A program made the position numbers and the translations under genes. The notes beneath the pieces were generated by a model, which was given only the letters and a program-made list of their open reading frames with translations, was not told the DNA's origin and did not search any database. 64,000 bases of DNA from the human T2T-CHM13v2.0 reference genome, Homo sapiens. The stretch lies in assembly GCF_009914755.1 (NCBI RefSeq), contig NC_060926.1. One strand, given 5' to 3'. This document shows positions 59,299-64,000 of this stretch, piece by piece. Position 1 is the stretch's first letter. Each line of letters begins with the position of its first letter.

Positions 59299-59460
59299 AG
59301 ACAAACATCAGGCTTGATACCACTCCACAGAAAAGGGATATATTTCCCAAGCACAGTGTTGTAATACGACCTCTTCTGTAATATGACCCAGTGCATGTGC
59401 ATGCCCATACCCACCTGTTGCACCTGTGGAACTTGGAGAACATGGGGAACCAGCACCATT
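59179..59460 (+). mobile_element. MER76/LTR47-like ERVL LTR, 5' portion
   Basis: Begins tgttgagagaggcaatcc exactly where the L1 fragment stops; later cctcttctgtaatatgacccagtg...cacctgtggaacttgg...ggggaaccagcac resembles the recalled consensus. Confidence 0.5.
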
Positions 59461-59559
59461 GTTATGGTTTACAATATAAGGTTTACATTTGTATCTACAA
59501 GTATATGCTCCACTGTTTTTAGCCTTACTTCGATATTTAAATACATTCAATACTCAATA

Positions 59560-60400
59560 CCCATCTTACTTATCCCAACTTCCCCACTCATCACCTGCTT
59601 GGCTAGATTTCAAACTCTCATACTTTTCAGGAAGGGCTTCTTAGAACTACATTTGCTGTGCTCTTCTTTGTATATTTGAAAATATCTCTCTGCAACTTGT
59701 GTAATTGTCTATGAGTTTGGCTTTAAATTTTGGATTTAAAATTATAGGGTCACATTTTCTTTCCCTGAGGACTTTGTAGATATTGCCCATTGTCCTCCAG
59801 CACAGGAGACTGCAACTAGGTAGTCTAACATCAGAATGAATTTTCCTGCAATAGATGCTTTGATTTTTTTGTGTGTAAATGCCCATATGCTTTTTTCAAC
59901 ATCTTTGAAGTCTATTAACACCAAATGTGTTTCAGTGCTAAGCAGTCGGTATCAGTTTTGCCTGAAATGGTGTGTTCCTTCAGTCTGTAAATCCAAGATT
60001 GCCTTTATTTCAGTAAAATGTCCTAGTGTTATAATTTTGAATGTTTTTTTTTTCCTGTTCCATTTGCCATGTTCTCTTTAGAGTTGCCCAGAATACTTAG
60101 TTTGGACCTCTGTTATTCTGATTCCATTTTTATCATTCTCCTTTTTTAATGCTTTATTATTATCCATTTTATTTTCAATTTTATTATTTGTGTGCCTAAA
60201 AGTATTTTAGAAGTATTATTTCTTCTTGTTTTTAATCTAGTATTCCTTTCTGTGCAGCTACATATTTTTCTTCTACTTTTTTTCAAGTTCTACCAACCCA
60301 GTTTCTTATCTTTTATACTGCTTATCATTTATTCCTTAAGCTTTTGTATCTCTTTCTTGAACAACTTTATTTTTCCTGAGAGATCTTATTATTTTTTATC
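59560..60400 (-). mobile_element. Old L1M ORF1 remnant
   Basis: Minus-strand peptide GNIYKVLRERKCDPIILNP resembles the L1 ORF1p C-terminal domain (DIFKVLKEKNCQPRILYP). Confidence 0.6.
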
Positions 60401-61721
60401 TCATTTCATGGAAAACTTTAAGCATTTTTCTGGTGTGTGTTTTTCACTTGGCTTTTGTTTTCACATCCCTTCCTACTTCTTTTTTTGGAGTATCTTTGCA
60501 TGAGCCCCTGCTAGTGGCTCTTTGTTGTGTGTTAGTGTTTAAATGAATAATGGATGGGGAAGGTGAAGTCAGGGGAATGATTTAGGGTGGCTGCATTTGA
60601 ATTTCAGTTTATTGTCTTTGAGTGTGTTCTCACCAACACTGCTCTGAGCAGCCATTTCAGCTTCTGCCTGGTGAGAAGTCTCCTGTGCTTACTGTAAAGT
60701 CCAATATGACATAGATATTTTTGTGTAATGAATTAGCCTTCAAATATCTTCATCTGGCCAAGATAAGCAGCTGCAGGGTGACTTGCCATTTGTGTTCCTA
60801 TTTATCCTGATACATCAACAGCCTTGTTTCCAGGATGACTTGTCTGCAACTTTCCTTGTTCCACTCACCCTGGCCACACCTTCTGCCAATCTATGGCAGC
60901 AAGGAGGACTCAAGAAACATCCCCGAGCCTGCCCAGGCACCTGCTCTTACTGTTTCAAGCAAGTATACATGACTTATTTTGGTGAACATTGTGCTCTACC
61001 CAAGATGGCTGAAGGGAAGTAACCTCACTCAGCCTTTTATTAAATACTTCATCTTATCTAATTTCTACTGAATTAAGTAGCCCTCCCAACCTTATATGGG
61101 GTGGAAGTGGAGTGATGACTTGTGGCATGGGGTTATGAGAACTTCTTTTGTGGATTATGGAGTCTGCATGTCTTGTCCTGGGTCCAGATTGGTCTTTAAT
61201 TGCTAAAAGATAAATCCATTTAGCAAATCCTCTCTCCTGACACCCTGACTTTTAAGTTTGTTCTCTTGCTAAGAGGTTGACTACCTGCCCTTTCCTTCCA
61301 TGAGATGATAAACTCATGACTCCTTCTGGAAGAGAAGATACAAGAAAATATGACTCAAAAGGAGAAAATTCAAAGCTCTGTCAATTTAATAGTTGTGAAA
61401 ATGTAATCTCATTTATGTACCCATGTTCTGATAAAAACAGCTTCTTTTTATATATGTTGTTTCTCCCCTTTATTATTCACCTAAAATTATATCAAAGACA
61501 TTGTTTCTATGAATATAGTCATATATCATTGTTTTAAAACACTACATAGAATTTCATTAAATAAACTTCTATTGATATTTGAATTATTTACATTTTCACT
61601 ACTATAGGAATGCAGTAAGTATCCTTATATACTCATTTTGGTCTCATCTCCATCCATTTCCTTATTCTAAATTTTAAGAGGAGGAGTTGCTGGGTGCAAA
61701 GGTTACCCCTTTTTCAAGTTA

Positions 61722-61871
<150 letters not shown>

Positions 61872-62233
61872 TTACCAAACTTATGACCATAAAAGTTATC
61901 CCAACTTAAGTTCCCATATCAGTAATGAGAAAGTCAATTTTCTAATGCCCATACTCACACTGGTTATTATAATTATTTTCAAGCTTTACCAATCTGATGG
62001 CTGAAAAAATCATAGAGCTGTTTGAAAGTGCTTATTCTCATCAGAATTGAATGATTGTTCTAAAGAGCCTTTACCTACCTAGTGAATAAAACATATTAAC
62101 CAGTATTTTTGCATTTGATTTTTTAACATTGAATCTTTGATTCTTCTGAAGTTTACATTGGCATTACAGAAATAAGGCAAAAAGCTGGGTACTCATTTTT
62201 CAATGTTATAAGACGGCAAAGGATTATCTAGAA

Positions 62234-62458
62234 CAGTGGTCTGTAAACCCTTGTCTGCTAGTCAAATCTGATCTACTACCTATTTTTGTCAATAAAGTTT
62301 TATTGCAACACAGCCATGCTCATTCTTTATATGTATTGTCTATGACTGCTTTTGTGTTATAATGGGCCAAGTTGAGTAGCTGCAATAGAGACTGTGTGAC
62401 TTGCAAACCCTAAAATATTTACTCTCTGGGCATTTACAGAAAAAATTGCCAATTTCTG
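62234..62458 (+). mobile_element. MER58A (hAT-Charlie MITE)
   Basis: cagtggtctgtaaac...aataaagttttattgcaacacagccatgctcattc...cctaaaatatttactctctgg...ttgccaatttctg. Confidence 0.82.
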
Positions 62459-63834
62459 ATCTAAGAAATGTACTTAGTTCCTTCCTCTCACTGGTTAATA
62501 CAGATAAAAGACTCCAGATTTAGTGAAATTACATGTTAACTTGTACCTTTCTCTGGTAGAGATACAAGTCATTCTCTCCAAAAGAAAAGATAATCTTGAA
62601 GATTATAGTTTATGGCTTAGTTTTGTCTTTAACCAGTATTGTTTTTAACCTTGAAATTGTATCTTAACATTGCCCATAAACACCTAACTTTTCAAGTGCT
62701 CTTTGGACTGGTTTTAACGTCATATTGGCTCCCTCATACATTAATGAGTTTAAAAAATCTTCAACTTGCATTTATTTTATATTTATATGAATCATAATTT
62801 TGCCTTTTATAAAATTATATTTTTATAGGTATGAACTAGAAATCCAGCTTCTTACGGTTTTTTTCCAAATTGCCAGCCATTTGCTTCCAAAACATTCATA
62901 GAATAATACATCATTCTCCCCATCTATCTAATTGTTATATATGTGGATTGAATACAAGATAACTAATTAGAGAATATAATTTGCATATTGATTATAGATT
63001 TAAAAGTTCACAGATACAGCTATACAAAAAAGTAACATATTCTTTTTCTATAACTCAACTAAATTTATCTGCTTAAGCCTCAAGTCTGCTTATTGGCAGA
63101 AGACAAAAGAGATTACTCCAGTTAAACTCAGCCACTTCAGGTTTTCTCAGTCATTTCAGATTTAGACTCATTTAATACTGAAATTTTCACCAAGGAGACA
63201 TGCACCTTTCTGGGTGCTTGGAGGAGACATGGCTGGCCTGCAGTCACCTGCTCACCCAGACTGGCCTCTGTTCTGAGATAAGAAGGCCTTGCTGGCCCTC
63301 AGCACAGTCATTCCTAACACTGGATATGCATAAATATCCACAGCCCCTCCAGGACTAGGTCACAACCCTGTCCCTTCCTCATCCTGACAGCCAGGCTTCT
63401 TCAGGCCCCAGCCCTCATCTGTTAATGTCTGCCAGGAAATGGGAAAAGTTGCATTTGCCTCTCATGCTCCTTTGGGACTCTAGAAAAGCTGTCAGGCTCT
63501 CACTGCCTCTTACTGCCTCTGACATTGTCACCTCTTTTTTCCTGCCATGATGCCTGGGGGAAGTTTCAACTCCCCCCACCTGCTCTCCAATGCCCACCAC
63601 CACCACTATACGGAGAATTGAGTCTGGGAGCAAGGTTAGGAAGACTGACAACCTCACATTTATTATTCTCCTCTCCACCTCTCCTCCCTTAGTCCAGGCA
63701 ATCCAAGAATGGGATAGTCTAGGGCTTCATCTATTCTCTTTTCATTCTACTGTTTTGTTCATAATTTTAGGTTCTGATTCATTCAAGCCTTTAGGAAAAA
63801 GTTTTGGTTTTCCAGAATAACCCTGCTATAAATT

Positions 63835-63997
63835 TTATATTATTTATTTATTCATCTATTTATTGATTGATTGATTTTCGGAGGTGTTGTTTCACTATTT
63901 TGCCCAGGCTGTCCTTGAACTCCTGGGCTCAAGCAATCCTCCTGCCTCAGCCTCCTGAGTAGCTGGGACTGTAGGTGCATGCTACTGTGCAAAGCCC
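63835..63997 (-). mobile_element. FLAM-type Alu monomer
   Basis: T-rich tail followed by a single monomer ttgcccaggctgtccttgaactcctgggctcaagcaatcctcctgcctcagcctcctgagtagctgggact. Confidence 0.8.
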
Positions 63998-64000
63998 TGC

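Overview
Primate (most likely human) genomic DNA from inside the PDE11A phosphodiesterase gene, which is transcribed on the minus strand. Two coding exons splice in frame across a 35.4-kb GT-AG intron: 46419-46483 (65 nt) and 10842-10974 (133 nt). Together they encode [66 protein letters not shown], part of the second GAF domain. A probable non-coding first exon of the short PDE11A1 isoform lies at ~59178-59298. The rest is intron dominated by transposable elements. These include a nested LTR cluster at 0-9.3 kb (MLT1, MER50 containing MLT2A1, a MER61 provirus containing LTR12 and AluY) and a full-length young SVA. There are also two L1PA 3' fragments, an old near-full-length L1MB with nested inserts, a Tc2/Kanga DNA transposon, and many Alu, MIR, L2 and MER elements. 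I found no CRISPR array, RNA gene or new multi-gene system, and nearly all listed ORFs are repeat-derived. The most notable signals are retrotransposition and rearrangement scars: a twin-primed (5'-inverted) AluY, two neighbouring L1s sharing private variants in a mosaic pattern, two candidate L1 3' transductions, an inverted ERV env/PPT end, and a candidate PDE11A1 leader exon whose splice donor sits at an LTR boundary. Repeat subfamily names are from remembered consensus features and need RepeatMasker/Dfam confirmation.
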